NCBI GenBank assembly: GCA_963708295.1
Contig: CAVPSJ010000006.1
Location: 8,635-72,634, forward strand
From: an uncultured delta proteobacterium
GTDB taxonomy: Bacteria; Desulfobacterota; BSN033; UBA1163
Direction of reading: 5' to 3'
DNA: 64,000 bases
This document shows, piece after piece, positions 30,390 to 41,128 of this stretch. The translations under genes were made by a program, and so were the position numbers. The notes beneath the pieces were generated by a model. It saw only the letters and a list, made by a program, of their open reading frames with translations, did not search any database and was not told the DNA's origin. Position 1 is the stretch's first letter. Every line of letters starts with the position of its first letter.

Positions 30390-31490
30390 TCACATTTTTT
30401 TGCTGAAACATTTGCCCGGCCACTGGGAGATCAGCCCTTTTAATTCCAGATCCAAAAGGAGGCTGGACACTTTTCCCGGATCCAATCGGCTCTCCCGTAT
30501 GATGGCGTCGATGTGCAATGGGGTCTCTCCCAAGAGCTCGAAAAGAATCTTCTCCCCTCCCGCGAGCCCATGACCGGGAGCCTCGGCTTTTTGGGCGGTC
30601 TCCTCCTGCCTTCTCCATTGAGGCAAAATCTCCTCCAGAATGTCCTCACTCGACTCTACCAGTTTCGCCCCTTCTTTGATCAATCGATTCGTGCCGCGGC
30701 TGCCATCGGCTCCCACATTCCCTGGAATCGCAAAGACCTCTCTCCCTTGCTCCAGGGCATACTCGGCGGTAATCAGCGAACCGCTCTTCGCACTGGCCTG
30801 GACGATGACCACTCCGATCGAGAGGCCGCTGATGATCCGATTTCGTCTCGGGAAATGTCCGCCCTCGGGACGTGATCCCATCGGAAATTCAGAAAGGACA
30901 GCCCCGTGTTCGACGATTTGCCTGAAGAGATCACGATTCTCAGAAGGATAGATGACATCGATCCCGCAGCCGAGGACGGCAATCGTCCTCCCTCTCCCGT
31001 CGAGGGCCCCCTTGTGAGCCACTGAATCGATGCCCCTCGCCATTCCGCTGACAATGGTAACGCCCTGCCCGGCGAGATCCCGGCCTATCTTCTCCGTAAT
31101 CCATCTGCCGTACGGAGAGGTCTTTCGGCTTCCGACGATGGCCACGGCGAGTTCGTCCTCTCCTCTCAGCTCTCCCCTGACATAAAGCAGGGCCGGAGGG
31201 TCGTAGATATCCTTCAGGCGCTTCGGATAGGCATCGTCCCCTAAAGTAAGAATCGTTCCTCCCACCCGATTCAGTAAAGCAAACTCTCGCTTGACCGCTT
31301 CTTCCTGCGGGCCTTTCCGGATTTCACCGGCCACCCTTTCCCCCAGTCCTTCAATTTGGATCAAATCTTTCAGCGGTGCCTGGAAGACAGCTTCCGGGGT
31401 CTTGAATCGATCTAGGAGTCGCTTGATGAGGATACTCCCAAGCCCGTGGGTAAGGCTTAAGGCCAACCAATAGAAAATATCTTCAGCCAT
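30390..31490 (-). CDS. dprA: DNA-processing protein DprA
   Basis: AIVGSRK, VSGMARGID, FPRRNRIISGLS, SGSLITA, GREVFAIPG. Confidence 0.95.
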   Translation of the reverse strand: MAEDIFYWLALSLTHGLGSILIKRLLDRFKTPEAVFQAPLKDLIQIEGLGERVAGEIRKGPQEEAVKREFALLNRVGGTILTLGDDAYPKRLKDIYDPPALLYVRGELRGEDELAVAIVGSRKTSPYGRWITEKIGRDLAGQGVTIVSGMARGIDSVAHKGALDGRGRTIAVLGCGIDVIYPSENRDLFRQIVEHGAVLSEFPMGSRPEGGHFPRRNRIISGLSIGVVIVQASAKSGSLITAEYALEQGREVFAIPGNVGADGSRGTNRLIKEGAKLVESSEDILEEILPQWRRQEETAQKAEAPGHGLAGGEKILFELLGETPLHIDAIIRESRLDPGKVSSLLLDLELKGLISQWPGKCFSKKM

Positions 31491-31767
31491 GAAGATCCTC
31501 GGGGGAGAAAGTACCCTGTTGAACGAATGGAGTCAGGTGACAAAAAAAGGCTCGGGAGACAGAGAAGATCTCCAAAGCCCAGGTGAAAATTCCAATCACC
31601 ACCCGCTGTCTACCGCAGGCAGGTTCGGGCGAAAATTTCAGGGACCCTATGACAACAATGCTTGGGCCTCACCCGCGAAGCCCGTTCTCGCCTGCCAAAG
31701 AAAAATTGCTCGCGGGCAGGTAGGCAGTCGAAAGCAGATGGGTCTTCATGACAAACGGACCGTCTTC

Positions 31768-32619
31768 TTACTTTAAGGCACCCTCCATCTTTTCCTTCGA
31801 ATAGGCTTGGATATAGTCCCCTATCCAAACGGCATCGAAGCACTCAATCACTCTTGCACTGAAGAAATTCTCGTGCTGTTCAATGAGTTGAACTATTCCT
31901 ACGATGTTATACTTCCTCCCAACCCTTCTTCCAGTAACGGGGTGTGTAATCTCCCTCGCAGGGCGAAAGACCGTATATTTGTCTCCGATCGCAATAGGTT
32001 CTCCGGTTTTTAAAGTCAGGTAAAGGATGTCGCCCTCGGACATTAGATTCTTCCCCTCCCGGCTCTCTAATACAATCCCGATTCCCCGGTATTCGAGATT
32101 GCTCATGAACCCTCCGGAGCGAGCTTCTCGAAAATAACCAGGTTTTTCCCCCGCAGGAGCAGGCTTTGCCTCGGGTTTAACCTCGGGTTTAACTTCAGGT
32201 TTAACCTCGGGTTTGACTTCGGCGACCTCTTCTTGTTTCTTCTCGACCGGAGGAGGCGCGGGAGATTCTACTTTTTCGACCCCGGGCTCCTTGACCCCGA
32301 GTTCCTCAACCGGTTCCGAAGGCTTCCCCGCGGCGGCCTTCTGAGTCTCCTCCTTCTTCGCCGTCTCAACATCGGTCAGCTGGATCGTGTTTCCAGGGTA
32401 AATCCAGTGAGGATTGGTAATATAGGGGTTCTTCTCCCACAATTTTGGCCAGAGGAAAGGATCTTTTAGGAATTTCGACGAGATATCCCACAGGGTATCC
32501 CCCTTTTGGATGGTATAAACCCCTTCCTTTTCCTTCGCTTCCTGTGTCAAACCCGAAAGAACAAAACAGAAGGAGAACATCAAAATCATGGCTAAAAGGA
32601 AACCAACGAATCTTCTCAT
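31768..32619 (-). CDS. LysM peptidoglycan-binding protein
   Basis: [13 protein letters not shown]...PFLWPKLW...NPHWIYPG; usual neighbour of dprA. Confidence 0.9.
   Translation of the reverse strand: MRRFVGFLLAMILMFSFCFVLSGLTQEAKEKEGVYTIQKGDTLWDISSKFLKDPFLWPKLWEKNPYITNPHWIYPGNTIQLTDVETAKKEETQKAAAGKPSEPVEELGVKEPGVEKVESPAPPPVEKKQEEVAEVKPEVKPEVKPEVKPEAKPAPAGEKPGYFREARSGGFMSNLEYRGIGIVLESREGKNLMSEGDILYLTLKTGEPIAIGDKYTVFRPAREITHPVTGRRVGRKYNIVGIVQLIEQHENFFSARVIECFDAVWIGDYIQAYSKEKMEGALK
32162..32218 (-). repeat. In-frame 12-bp tandem repeat encoding (VKPE)n linker
   Basis: gtcaaacccgag gttaaacctgaa gttaaacccgag gttaaacccgag on minus strand. Confidence 0.8.
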
Positions 32620-33109
32620 AACGACTTCCTCCTTTTCCCAAAAGGCTTTATAATTTCTAAAGTGGCAAAATTTTGTTGAAATTTAGCGCTTTATCTTTAT
32701 TTTGTCAAGGAAAATATAAAGCAATATCCATACCAACACTCAGGCTACTCTTTTTAATTATCGAAAAGTATTAGAACTTTTTAGAAGTTAAGGAAAAAAC
32801 CGGATTCTCCTGCCAAATTGGTGTGGATAATTTTTGTACAAAGTCTTCATTATTTTGAACAAATTTCAGCCTTTTTCTGAATATCGAGACCGAAACGACA
32901 GTGATGTGAGGGAGACACCTACTCTTTGGAATAGATAACGGAAAATTCATTGACACGTGAAGCTCAGCGTGATAATTAAATGCAATCCTTCGACTCTCGG
33001 CCCATGGGCGCAATCTTCATATGAGACTTCGGCAAGCTGCTCAACCCGGAGGATCTCGACCGGCTGATCCGGGTCGCCCGGTTGAGGGCTCGACTTTATT
33101 GTTCAGTCT

Positions 33110-33823
33110 ATGAACCTTCTCCCTTCAGCAGATGAGACCTTAGAACCTTTCTTCAACGGAAAACTCCAAATCATTCAGAAGAAAAAGGGGTACCGGTTTT
33201 CAGTGGATCCGGTGCTTCTCAGTCAATTCGTAAGAATTCGAAAAAATGAAAGGGTGATTGACCTGGGAACCGGCTGTGGCATTCTACTGTTGTTATTGTC
33301 ACAGAACGCAAACACCCATTCTTTTGTCGGTGTTGAAATTCAAAGGGGACTGATAGAATGTGCCGAGAAAAATGTGGTCTTGAATCACCTTGAAGATCGC
33401 ATATCCATTCTCAAACAGGATTTCAGAGAGTTGAAAAGGATCTTCCCGCCGGGTTCTTTCGACGTCGTCCTCTCCAACCCCCCTTATCGAGAATATCGGA
33501 CTGGCAGGATCAACCCTTTGATGGAGAAGGCCATTGCGCGCCATGAGATCAAGGGAAGACTCGAAGACCTCATTACTGTTGCTTCCTATCTGGTCCCCCC
33601 CAAGGGGAGATGTTACCTGATCTTTCCAGCCTTAAGAACGGTCGATCTCTTCGTCTCGTTGAGAAATGGCAAGCTGGAGCCAAAGCGAATTCAGTTCGTT
33701 CATCCTCGCATTGGGGAAGAAGCGAAATTCATCCTGACCGAATCCCTCAAGGCGAGCGGGGTGGAGTTAAAGATCAGGAGCCCCCTGTTCCTCGAGGAAC
33801 CCCATCCCCTCGCGAACGAGTAG
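33110..33823 (+). CDS. tRNA1(Val) A37 N6-methyltransferase family (YfiC/TrmN6)
   Basis: GYRFSVDPVLL, DLGTGCG, NPPY, ARHE. Confidence 0.87.
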   Translation: MNLLPSADETLEPFFNGKLQIIQKKKGYRFSVDPVLLSQFVRIRKNERVIDLGTGCGILLLLLSQNANTHSFVGVEIQRGLIECAEKNVVLNHLEDRISILKQDFRELKRIFPPGSFDVVLSNPPYREYRTGRINPLMEKAIARHEIKGRLEDLITVASYLVPPKGRCYLIFPALRTVDLFVSLRNGKLEPKRIQFVHPRIGEEAKFILTESLKASGVELKIRSPLFLEEPHPLANE

Positions 33824-33935
33824 AAGATCCATCAACCCCCCGAGAGAGCTCCGAGAACAGAACAGGGTCTCCCCTTCGCTTTATTTCGCTTTATTTCGGT
33901 TGACAATGATCGGCGAACAAGATAGAATTTTCTTT

Positions 33936-34949
33936 ATGAATCCGTTAGCTATAGAGTCTCTCCAGCCAGAGCAGAGGCCTTCTTCATCCGAGGAAACTCT
34001 GAAATTGATCCGGGATGATTTAGAAAAAGTCGATCAGGAGTTCCGAAAGAACTTGAGGTCCGGCGTTCCTATCATTGCTGCCATCGGGGAACATCTTCTT
34101 CGAAGCGGCGGAAAACGATTTCGGGCAAAACTCCTGCTGCTTTCGGCGAGATTATGCGGGTATTCCGGAGACAACCATATCTCCATGGCCAGCCTCATCG
34201 AATTTGTTCATACCGCCACCTTGCTGCATGATGACGTGGTGGATAAGGCCCAGTTGCGAAGGGGCATTGAATCCGCCAATTCAAAATGGGGGAACGAGGC
34301 CTGCGTCCTCGTCGGAGATTTTCTCTTCACGAAGTGTTTCACCCGGATGGTCGAAAGTGGCAATTGGAAGATCCTTCACACCATCTCGAGAGCGACTACG
34401 ACGATGGCGGAAGGGGAGCTGGAGGAGTTGATCAGAACCAACGACCTTTCCCTGACGGAGGAGGATTACCTGTCGATTATCGCCCGTAAAACCGCCTACC
34501 TCATTTCAGCGGCCACACAGATCGGGGCCATCCTTGGAAATGTCTCAGAGGAAAAAGAGGAAGCGTTAGCTCAGTTTGGGATGAATGTGGGAATCGCTTT
34601 TCAGCTCATCGATGACAATCTCGATTACACATCGAATAAATCAGGGAAGAAAATCGGCATCGACCTCCAGGAAGGCAAGATCACCCTTCCCCTGATCACC
34701 GCCCTGAATCAGTGCAACGAGGAGGAAAGGGCGTTCATCCGGAGGTTGACCGACTCTCAGCCTTTTACCGAAAAAGCGTTCTCCCATGTCGTCCAGATTA
34801 TTGAAGGATATCACGGAATCCGTTACGCGTGGGAAAAGGCGAGGACCTATGTTGAAAGGGCGAAGGATTGTCTTCATCTCTTTCCAGAGTCAGAAGAGAA
34901 AGAAGCCCTCTGTGCCCTGGCCGAATACGTATTGGAGAGACGGCTGTGA
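33936..34949 (+). CDS. Polyprenyl diphosphate synthase (IspB-like)
   Basis: GGKRFR, LLHDDVVD...RRG, FQLIDDNLD, GKITLP; start uncertain. Confidence 0.92.
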   Translation: MNPLAIESLQPEQRPSSSEETLKLIRDDLEKVDQEFRKNLRSGVPIIAAIGEHLLRSGGKRFRAKLLLLSARLCGYSGDNHISMASLIEFVHTATLLHDDVVDKAQLRRGIESANSKWGNEACVLVGDFLFTKCFTRMVESGNWKILHTISRATTTMAEGELEELIRTNDLSLTEEDYLSIIARKTAYLISAATQIGAILGNVSEEKEEALAQFGMNVGIAFQLIDDNLDYTSNKSGKKIGIDLQEGKITLPLITALNQCNEEERAFIRRLTDSQPFTEKAFSHVVQIIEGYHGIRYAWEKARTYVERAKDCLHLFPESEEKEALCALAEYVLERRL

Positions 34950-35094
34950 GGGTTTGGCCGGATTCGCTGGCCCCCATCGCCCCCAGAAATCATGGATCCC
35001 ATCCTGAACGCCATGCACCGACCGGGGTGGGTGGCGGAATCCACTTCGCGTAAGTTATACTGTTAATCATTAAACTGAACTCAAGGAGCAGAAA

Positions 35095-35427
35095 ATGGCA
35101 GACGAGGTAAGTTTGGTTCACGTCAGTGATAAGACTTTTGTGTCCGAGGTCCTCAATTCGGACCTTCCCGTCCTGGTCGATTTTTGGGCAACGTGGTGCG
35201 GTCCCTGCCGAAGCATCAGTCCCATCGTTGAGGAGTTGGCAAAAGAGTTTTCGGGTAAGGTAAAGGTGACCAAGCTCAACGTCGATGAAAGCCCCGCAAC
35301 ACCCGCCCAATACGGAGTGAGGGGAATTCCTACCTTAATTCTATTCAAAGGTGGAAAAATCCTCGACCAACTTACCGGTGCACATCCCAAGGCCCGTTTA
35401 AAGGCCCTGGTTGAAAAGGCCCTCTAA
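35095..35427 (+). CDS. trxA: Thioredoxin
   Basis: [15 protein letters not shown]. Confidence 0.94.
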   Translation: MADEVSLVHVSDKTFVSEVLNSDLPVLVDFWATWCGPCRSISPIVEELAKEFSGKVKVTKLNVDESPATPAQYGVRGIPTLILFKGGKILDQLTGAHPKARLKALVEKAL

Positions 35428-35478
35428 TCACGTAAAATCCCGAACACAAAATCTGAAGACCCGTGAAAACGCGAGGAG

Positions 35479-36003
35479 ATGAAGCGAACGTTTCTGACAT
35501 GGTTTTTGATCTTTAGTTTCTGCATGGGAGGTGCGTTCTTTCTCTCCGGTTGTTCCAAAGAAGAAAAAGAACCCTTTTCAGCGTTGGCCCCCGATTTTTC
35601 CCTCAAGTCCTTTGACGGCCGAAACATCACCCTTTCCCAACTTAAAGGGAAGGTTGTCCTTCTCGACTTCTGGGCAACCTGGTGCGGCCCCTGTAAAGAA
35701 TCGATCCCCCATTTGATTCAACTGTATAAGGATTATCGAGAAAGCGGATTTGAGTTGGTGGGGATGAACATCGACAAAGGAGACGGGGAGACCGTTCGCC
35801 GCTTCGTCACGTCGATGGATATCCCCTACCCTATCGTCATCGCCCCCGAAGATGTCGTCAGGAACTACCGGGTAACCGGGATCCCGGCTACTTTTCTCAT
35901 CGATAAGGAAGGCAAGATTCGAGAAAGAGTGGTCGGGTTTAGCGGCGCCATCGCTCAACGGTTAGACACCCGAGTGAAGGACCTCACCTCAGAAAAACCC
36001 TAA
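35479..36003 (+). CDS. TlpA/ResA-family thiol-disulfide oxidoreductase lipoprotein
   Basis: Lipobox LSGC; APDFSL; FWATWCGPC; IPATFLIDKEG. Confidence 0.9.
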   Translation: MKRTFLTWFLIFSFCMGGAFFLSGCSKEEKEPFSALAPDFSLKSFDGRNITLSQLKGKVVLLDFWATWCGPCKESIPHLIQLYKDYRESGFELVGMNIDKGDGETVRRFVTSMDIPYPIVIAPEDVVRNYRVTGIPATFLIDKEGKIRERVVGFSGAIAQRLDTRVKDLTSEKP

Positions 36004-36021
36004 GCCCTGTCTTTCCCGGGG

Positions 36022-36253
36022 AAACTCGAAGCACGAAATCGCGCGAAATTCTAAACTCGAAACCCTAAACTCTAAACAACCTCAAATGTTCAAAACACAA
36101 AACTCCAGACCGTATGACATAGAAAAGGTTCGGTTCAATTGTTGAGAAATCAAAATTGCCCTTTGAGTTTTATATTTTGGATTTGTTTAGGATTTAGAGT
36201 TTAGTGTTTAGAGTTTAGCCAATTTCGGATTGCCATGTTTGAATTTCGGATTT
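36022..36253. repeat. Palindromic 7-bp-periodic element (AAACTCG/AAACTCT type)
   Basis: aaactcgaagcacgaaatc...aaactcgaaaccctaaactctaaac ... gtttaggatttagagtttagtgtttagagttt...gaatttcggattt. Confidence 0.72.
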
Positions 36254-36269
36254 AACGAAAGGGATGGGA

Positions 36270-36869
36270 TTATTTCTTTCTGGATTCTTCCATAGAGCGG
36301 ATGTATCCCTCAACGACCTTCTGAGGATCCAACCCAAGAGATTGGGCATAGCTTTTCAAGAAACCCTTGAGATAAACCGAAGGCGGTAGCGCCTCAAAGA
36401 CTTCTTCTTCGATCCACTCCAATGTCTTCATGCTGATCTTCGTCTCCCTGGAGATGGCCTGGCGCTCAACGCCCATTCTTTCCCGGGCCTCCTTCAGGAC
36501 CTTCCCCCGATAGGCCTCCCTCTCGGTATTAAACAAAAGACCTGAAAAGGCGAGCGAAGTCTTTTTCTCTTCAGCGACCTCCTGGGTTTCAGGAGGCGCT
36601 TCCGTCGGCGGCTCGGTCCCTCTCTGGAAGTGGGACTGGTCATAACTTTTCCTCAATTCCTCATCCATGAGAATTCGACGGGCCTCTTCAACGGCCTCCT
36701 GGATTTCCTTCACCTCCGCTTCCGAAAAAAGGGAATAGATCGCCAAGGAATCGACGGCAAAGGTCTCCCTGGCCTGTTCGTAAGCCCTCTGGATCTCTTT
36801 GGGTGTCGCCGCACGGCTGACTTCTAAAACCTCATAATACGTCTGGTCTTTAATGCCCTTGAGGCTCAT
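36270..36869 (-). CDS. DnaJ-like domain plus RodZ-type HTH protein
   Basis: YYEVLEVSRAAT...RKSYD; GKVLKEARE...VYLKGFLKSYAQSLGLD. Confidence 0.8.
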   Translation of the reverse strand: MSLKGIKDQTYYEVLEVSRAATPKEIQRAYEQARETFAVDSLAIYSLFSEAEVKEIQEAVEEARRILMDEELRKSYDQSHFQRGTEPPTEAPPETQEVAEEKKTSLAFSGLLFNTEREAYRGKVLKEARERMGVERQAISRETKISMKTLEWIEEEVFEALPPSVYLKGFLKSYAQSLGLDPQKVVEGYIRSMEESRKK

Positions 36870-37809
36870 ATCCTTGAAATGGAGTCGACGCTTTATGACT
36901 ATTGGCTAATTTGGAGGCAATTTCCATCACGCATTGAGAAGCCCTGGATCTGGGATTCTCCAGGACCAGAGGTTGCCTTCGCCGGATGGAATGGCTCACG
37001 TCCTGGTCGTAGACGACATAGCCCAAATAATGGAGGTGGATACCAAAATATTTCTGACAGGCACTTCGAATCGAAAACCCGATTTCAATATCTTTCTTCG
37101 ACCGGACTTGATTCAGAATCAGATTCGGGTGGAAGGTTTCGATTTCCTCGGCCATCTTTTGGCCGTCCCCTTCATCCATTCCTCTTGCCGCACGGATGAG
37201 GTCATAAGGGTTCTGAATCCCCATCTCATTCTTCCGATCCATGGCGCCATCGATCAGAGCCTTTACAGACGAAGAAGAAACCGAGTGTCTCAGCCTCCGA
37301 TAAAAGGCGCTCTTGAGAAACCGATAAGCATTTTCGATGGAAGTGGGCTCGGGAGTCACCACCAAAATCCCTCCGTCCGATATCAAAAAGAAATCCAGGA
37401 CACTCAACGAATTGCCCGCTCCTAAGTCCACTAGAGCGGTGTCGCTGTTCAGGCTTTGTATGGAGCGAATCAGTTTTCGCTTCTGAACGCTCTTCGCATC
37501 CGCCGCATTCAACAGGTCTTGTGCGCCTGTCAGGAGCTGGAGGCTGGGAACGGCTGTGGGAATAAGCACCTCCTCAAGATGAGAGACCCTCTTCTTAATG
37601 AAATCAGAAAGGGAAAGCGCGGGGGGAGAAATCCCAAGGAACGTATGGAGATTCGCTCCCCCTAAGTCCGCGTCGACGAGGACCACCCGGATACCCAGTT
37701 TGGAAAGACAGACTCCGACGTTCGTCGTGATGAAACTCTTTCCGCTTCCTCCCTTGCCACCTCCGATGGTCCAGATCATTTTACGGCGGCTCGCCCGGTC
37801 CTGCCCCAC
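36850..37809 (-). CDS. MinD/FleN(FlhG)-family ATPase
   Basis: GGKGGSGKS, DADLGGANLHT, DLGAG, PEPTSIENAY. Confidence 0.88.
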   Translation of the reverse strand: MGQDRASRRKMIWTIGGGKGGSGKSFITTNVGVCLSKLGIRVVLVDADLGGANLHTFLGISPPALSLSDFIKKRVSHLEEVLIPTAVPSLQLLTGAQDLLNAADAKSVQKRKLIRSIQSLNSDTALVDLGAGNSLSVLDFFLISDGGILVVTPEPTSIENAYRFLKSAFYRRLRHSVSSSSVKALIDGAMDRKNEMGIQNPYDLIRAARGMDEGDGQKMAEEIETFHPNLILNQVRSKKDIEIGFSIRSACQKYFGIHLHYLGYVVYDQDVSHSIRRRQPLVLENPRSRASQCVMEIASKLANSHKASTPFQGYEPQGH

Positions 37810-37866
37810 TCTGTTCCTTTCTGTTGAAAAAATGAAAAATTCAAAACTAAAATGAAAAAGAAGAAT

Positions 37867-38880
37867 TTAGCTCCAAATCCCGTCAATTTGACCATGGCAA
37901 TGACGGCACGCTCCACCCACCACATCGTTTTTCCCCACTCGAAACCCTTCCCGTTCAATCAATCTCCGGCCGCAGTGAGGGCAGAACGTATCCTCGCCTT
38001 CCTCGCCGGGAATGTTTCCACAATAGACATACCGGAGCCCCTCCCTGATCCCAATCTCTCTGGCCCGATGAAGCGTCGCGGCAGGGGTTCTCGGAAGGTC
38101 GAGCATTTTATACGTCGGATAGAAGGCCGAGATGTGCCAGGGCACCTCCGGCCCCAGGGAGAGGATGAATCGGGCGATCTCGTGAAACTCCTGATCGGAG
38201 TCGTTCAGTGTCGGGATGACAAGGGTGGTGATCTCCACCCAGATCCCCATCCGTCTCATCCGTTTCAGGTTCTCCAGAATCGGCTCCAATCTTGCCCCGC
38301 AGACTTCCTTATAAAATTTCTCTCTGAAACTCTTCAGATCCACATTGGCTGCGTCTAAAAAGGGCCGGATCGTCTCGAGGGCTTCCTCCGTCATGTAGCC
38401 GTTGGTGACAAAGATATTTTTCATCCCTTCCTGACGGGCCTCGCGAGCGATATCGTAAGCATACTCGAAGTAGATGGTGGGTTCGGTGTAGGTGTAGGAG
38501 ATCGTTTGGCATCGGGATTGTTTGGCTAACGAAACAACTTTGGAAGGAGAGACCTCCGAACCTTCAATCCGACCCTTCGGATCCCTCGGCAACTGGGAGA
38601 TCTCGTGATTTTGACACTGGAGACAGCGGAAATTGCAGCCCACAGCCGCGATGGAGAACGACGTCGACCCCGGAAAGAGATGAAAGAGCGGTTTCTTTTC
38701 AACCGGGTCCACGTTGAGAGAAATCGCACGGCCGTAGACGAGGGTGTAGAGCTTTCCTTCCCGGTTCTCCCGCACTCCACAGACTCCCCGCTTTGCGGGT
38801 GAAATAACGCATCGGTGGTTGCAGAGATGGCATTGCACTTTTCCGTCCTCTAGGGGGCTATAAAGCATGGCTTCTTTCAT
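37867..38880 (-). CDS. amrS: AmmeMemoRadiSam system radical SAM enzyme
   Basis: CHLCNHRC...CGVREN, DPVEKKPLFH, GCNFRCLQCQNHEISQ, YTYTEP, YVYCGN. Confidence 0.92.
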   Translation of the reverse strand: MKEAMLYSPLEDGKVQCHLCNHRCVISPAKRGVCGVRENREGKLYTLVYGRAISLNVDPVEKKPLFHLFPGSTSFSIAAVGCNFRCLQCQNHEISQLPRDPKGRIEGSEVSPSKVVSLAKQSRCQTISYTYTEPTIYFEYAYDIAREARQEGMKNIFVTNGYMTEEALETIRPFLDAANVDLKSFREKFYKEVCGARLEPILENLKRMRRMGIWVEITTLVIPTLNDSDQEFHEIARFILSLGPEVPWHISAFYPTYKMLDLPRTPAATLHRAREIGIREGLRYVYCGNIPGEEGEDTFCPHCGRRLIEREGFRVGKNDVVGGACRHCHGQIDGIWS

Positions 38881-38934
38881 ATCCTCTTCCCTATCCCCGG
38901 ACGGGGCACATCCTGACGAATCTACCGGCGGTAT

Positions 38935-39143
38935 TGAGAGATCGAAACGGGAAAGTTGTTCGAGAACATATCGCCGCACGGCCCGTGGCTTGGGGAGGTC
39001 AATCCTCCGGGAACCGTTTGGCAAAACATTCGGCTTTCACCCACCCATCCATCCTTTTGGCCTTGAGGACTTGCACCGTCCTTGTGAAATAGACATCGGT
39101 ACGTCTCCCGGACTTAATGTCCTCGGGGTCCGCGATGGAACAT
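38935..39143 (-). pseudogene. Nicotinate phosphoribosyltransferase remnant (N-terminus joined to C-terminus)
   Basis: IADPEDIKSGRRTDVYFTRT followed by LPKPRAVRRYVLEQL in another frame. Confidence 0.6.
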
Positions 39144-39293
39144 CTGTTTTTCCCAGAAATGAAATCACAATTTCTTTCCATATAACAGAAATTTGCCGAA
39201 CCTGTCTATAAAAATATTCAGAGAATGGCTCTTGGGAAACCGAAAGGATAATTCGGTGAGAAGTTATAAATCTTGCCGGTGTTTATACTGTGT

Positions 39294-40193
39294 TTATAAT
39301 TGTTCGATCACATATCCTTTCCCTTTGAGGATCTGAATGATCCCTCGGTCGCCCACCAGATGACCTGCCCCGACAATGACAAAGGAGGTCGCTTCCGTTC
39401 GAATGAAATCTTCGATCTTGGAAGCCATCTTCGTGTTTCTTTCGTAAACGATTTTTTCAAAAATGGGTGATAGTCTCTTGTCTTCCGAAACGCTTCTCGT
39501 CAGGATGGACTCCATGCTTCTTGTATCTCCCGATGTCCATGCCCTGGTCAACTGCTCCAACTCCTGCTCAAGGATTCTTAAGTCTTTTAACGTATACGAC
39601 AGAAGCAACTCCTGGTCTTTATCCGAAAAGCCGGAGAGGAGGTCGAGCTGATAATCAAGACTCTCCAGTTCTGATATCTTCTTCCGACCTTCAGCCTTCG
39701 AGAGAAAATACTTATCTATCCCCAGCTCGGGGTCAAGCCCCAATTTCAGGCTCTCCAATGCCACGAGCGTCATCGCCAGAAACCAGGGTTTCTGTTTGAC
39801 AAGAAGCTCGGCAGGAATACCCAGCCCTCCCGTTTCTTTCAGGAGCCGTTCATAGATTTCGGGGGAAACATGCTTTTCCAGCGTATCGTTCTCCGGATAG
39901 AAGGCACGGGCTGCGAATTTTTGGATATCCAGTTTCTTCATATCATTCACATCCGCCTCTACGACTAAAATCTCCGATTCACCAAAGGCTTTTTCGATTT
40001 TCTCACTCAGCGGGTAGATCTCTTTTTTGGAATAATGAAGCGAACCCAGGACATACACCGTGTTCGTTTTTGATTGAATTCTCCATAAAAAGCTTTTCTG
40101 GGGCGCAGAAAGAGTTTCTTGAGCGAGCACGGACGGTCCAAGGAGAGCAAGGATAAATCCTATGGGCAATAATTTTGATTTCCTATTTTTCAT
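39294..40193 (-). CDS. TraB/GumN family protein
   Basis: FLWRI...YVLGSLH, KPWFLAM, GIDKYF, ELESLDYQ, ERN, VGAGHLVG. Confidence 0.9.
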   Translation of the reverse strand: MKNRKSKLLPIGFILALLGPSVLAQETLSAPQKSFLWRIQSKTNTVYVLGSLHYSKKEIYPLSEKIEKAFGESEILVVEADVNDMKKLDIQKFAARAFYPENDTLEKHVSPEIYERLLKETGGLGIPAELLVKQKPWFLAMTLVALESLKLGLDPELGIDKYFLSKAEGRKKISELESLDYQLDLLSGFSDKDQELLLSYTLKDLRILEQELEQLTRAWTSGDTRSMESILTRSVSEDKRLSPIFEKIVYERNTKMASKIEDFIRTEATSFVIVGAGHLVGDRGIIQILKGKGYVIEQL

Positions 40194-40451
40194 TGTTAAA
40201 CCTCTCTTTCGTTCAGACAGGCGCCAATCCCATCCATCCGTTTTGGCATCGCCTCTCATGATTCGCTCATCCCCACTGATCAATTTTAGTCCAACTCTCC
40301 AACAATTACAATGCGGGTGCTTTGGCACTTAAATTGCTCTTTCACTCTCTTAGCTTTCGGTCTCTTCCAAGAAAAAAAGGGTCGTGCCAAATTAGGTTTG
40401 TTTTTCCGCTGTTTCATCTCCAATGCTCAAAAGGGCCGGGGGAAAGGGTTT

Positions 40452-41036
40452 ATGAAAAAGGTTTCAATTTTGTTAACCCTGTTCATTTTTGCGAGTATCA
40501 ACCACGCGCTGTGTGATCCAGTCAAATCAATAAAGGGCGATGAAGCTCAAGTCACGGCGAGGGAAATGGGAAAAAATGGGGTGGTCATGCAGAAAAAAGC
40601 CGCACCTGCAAAAAAACCTACCGGGTGGATAAAAAAGAATCAGACCGCACGCAGCGACATAAACTTCCTAAGAACCCTTGAGGAAAAGGAGAGGTCCCCG
40701 TGGGTAGAATCGCCGGATAAAGTAATTTCCTTCCGTGATTTTTCGGAGAATGTCTGGAAAAATCAATTCTCCAGCTCCCCCCAAATGAAGGAAATCAAGT
40801 CTTCAGGCTCCAATTCCAGAAGATTCGTTTTGACGTCCAATCGATACGGAAATGGTTCATTCGAAGAAGGAAATATTCTGACCACCTTAAGACTTCTGCA
40901 CTCGAAGGAACACACGTTCAAAGAAATATTTATGGGATTCCGTTTTTCATTGGATCTGACGAGTCGGCGTCTGTTCCTACAGATGAATGTCGCCCCTTCG
41001 ACTGAGACAACGTCTGGTTTCATGATCCGGTTTTGA
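40452..41036 (+). CDS. Hypothetical secreted protein
   Basis: Signal-peptide-like MKKVSILLTLFIFAS; ends in F. Confidence 0.55.
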   Translation: MKKVSILLTLFIFASINHALCDPVKSIKGDEAQVTAREMGKNGVVMQKKAAPAKKPTGWIKKNQTARSDINFLRTLEEKERSPWVESPDKVISFRDFSENVWKNQFSSSPQMKEIKSSGSNSRRFVLTSNRYGNGSFEEGNILTTLRLLHSKEHTFKEIFMGFRFSLDLTSRRLFLQMNVAPSTETTSGFMIRF

Positions 41037-41128
41037 CCGGACACGCCCCCCCGCGCCCTGCCGGAGATCCTTGACTGCGACGGCGCAGGACAAGAGGGGG
41101 GCTCAAAGAAAGGAACAAGGGTTTCTTC

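Noticed and set aside
35095-36003. Selenoprotein thioredoxins
   Set aside because: Both have ordinary WCGPC with no in-frame TGA
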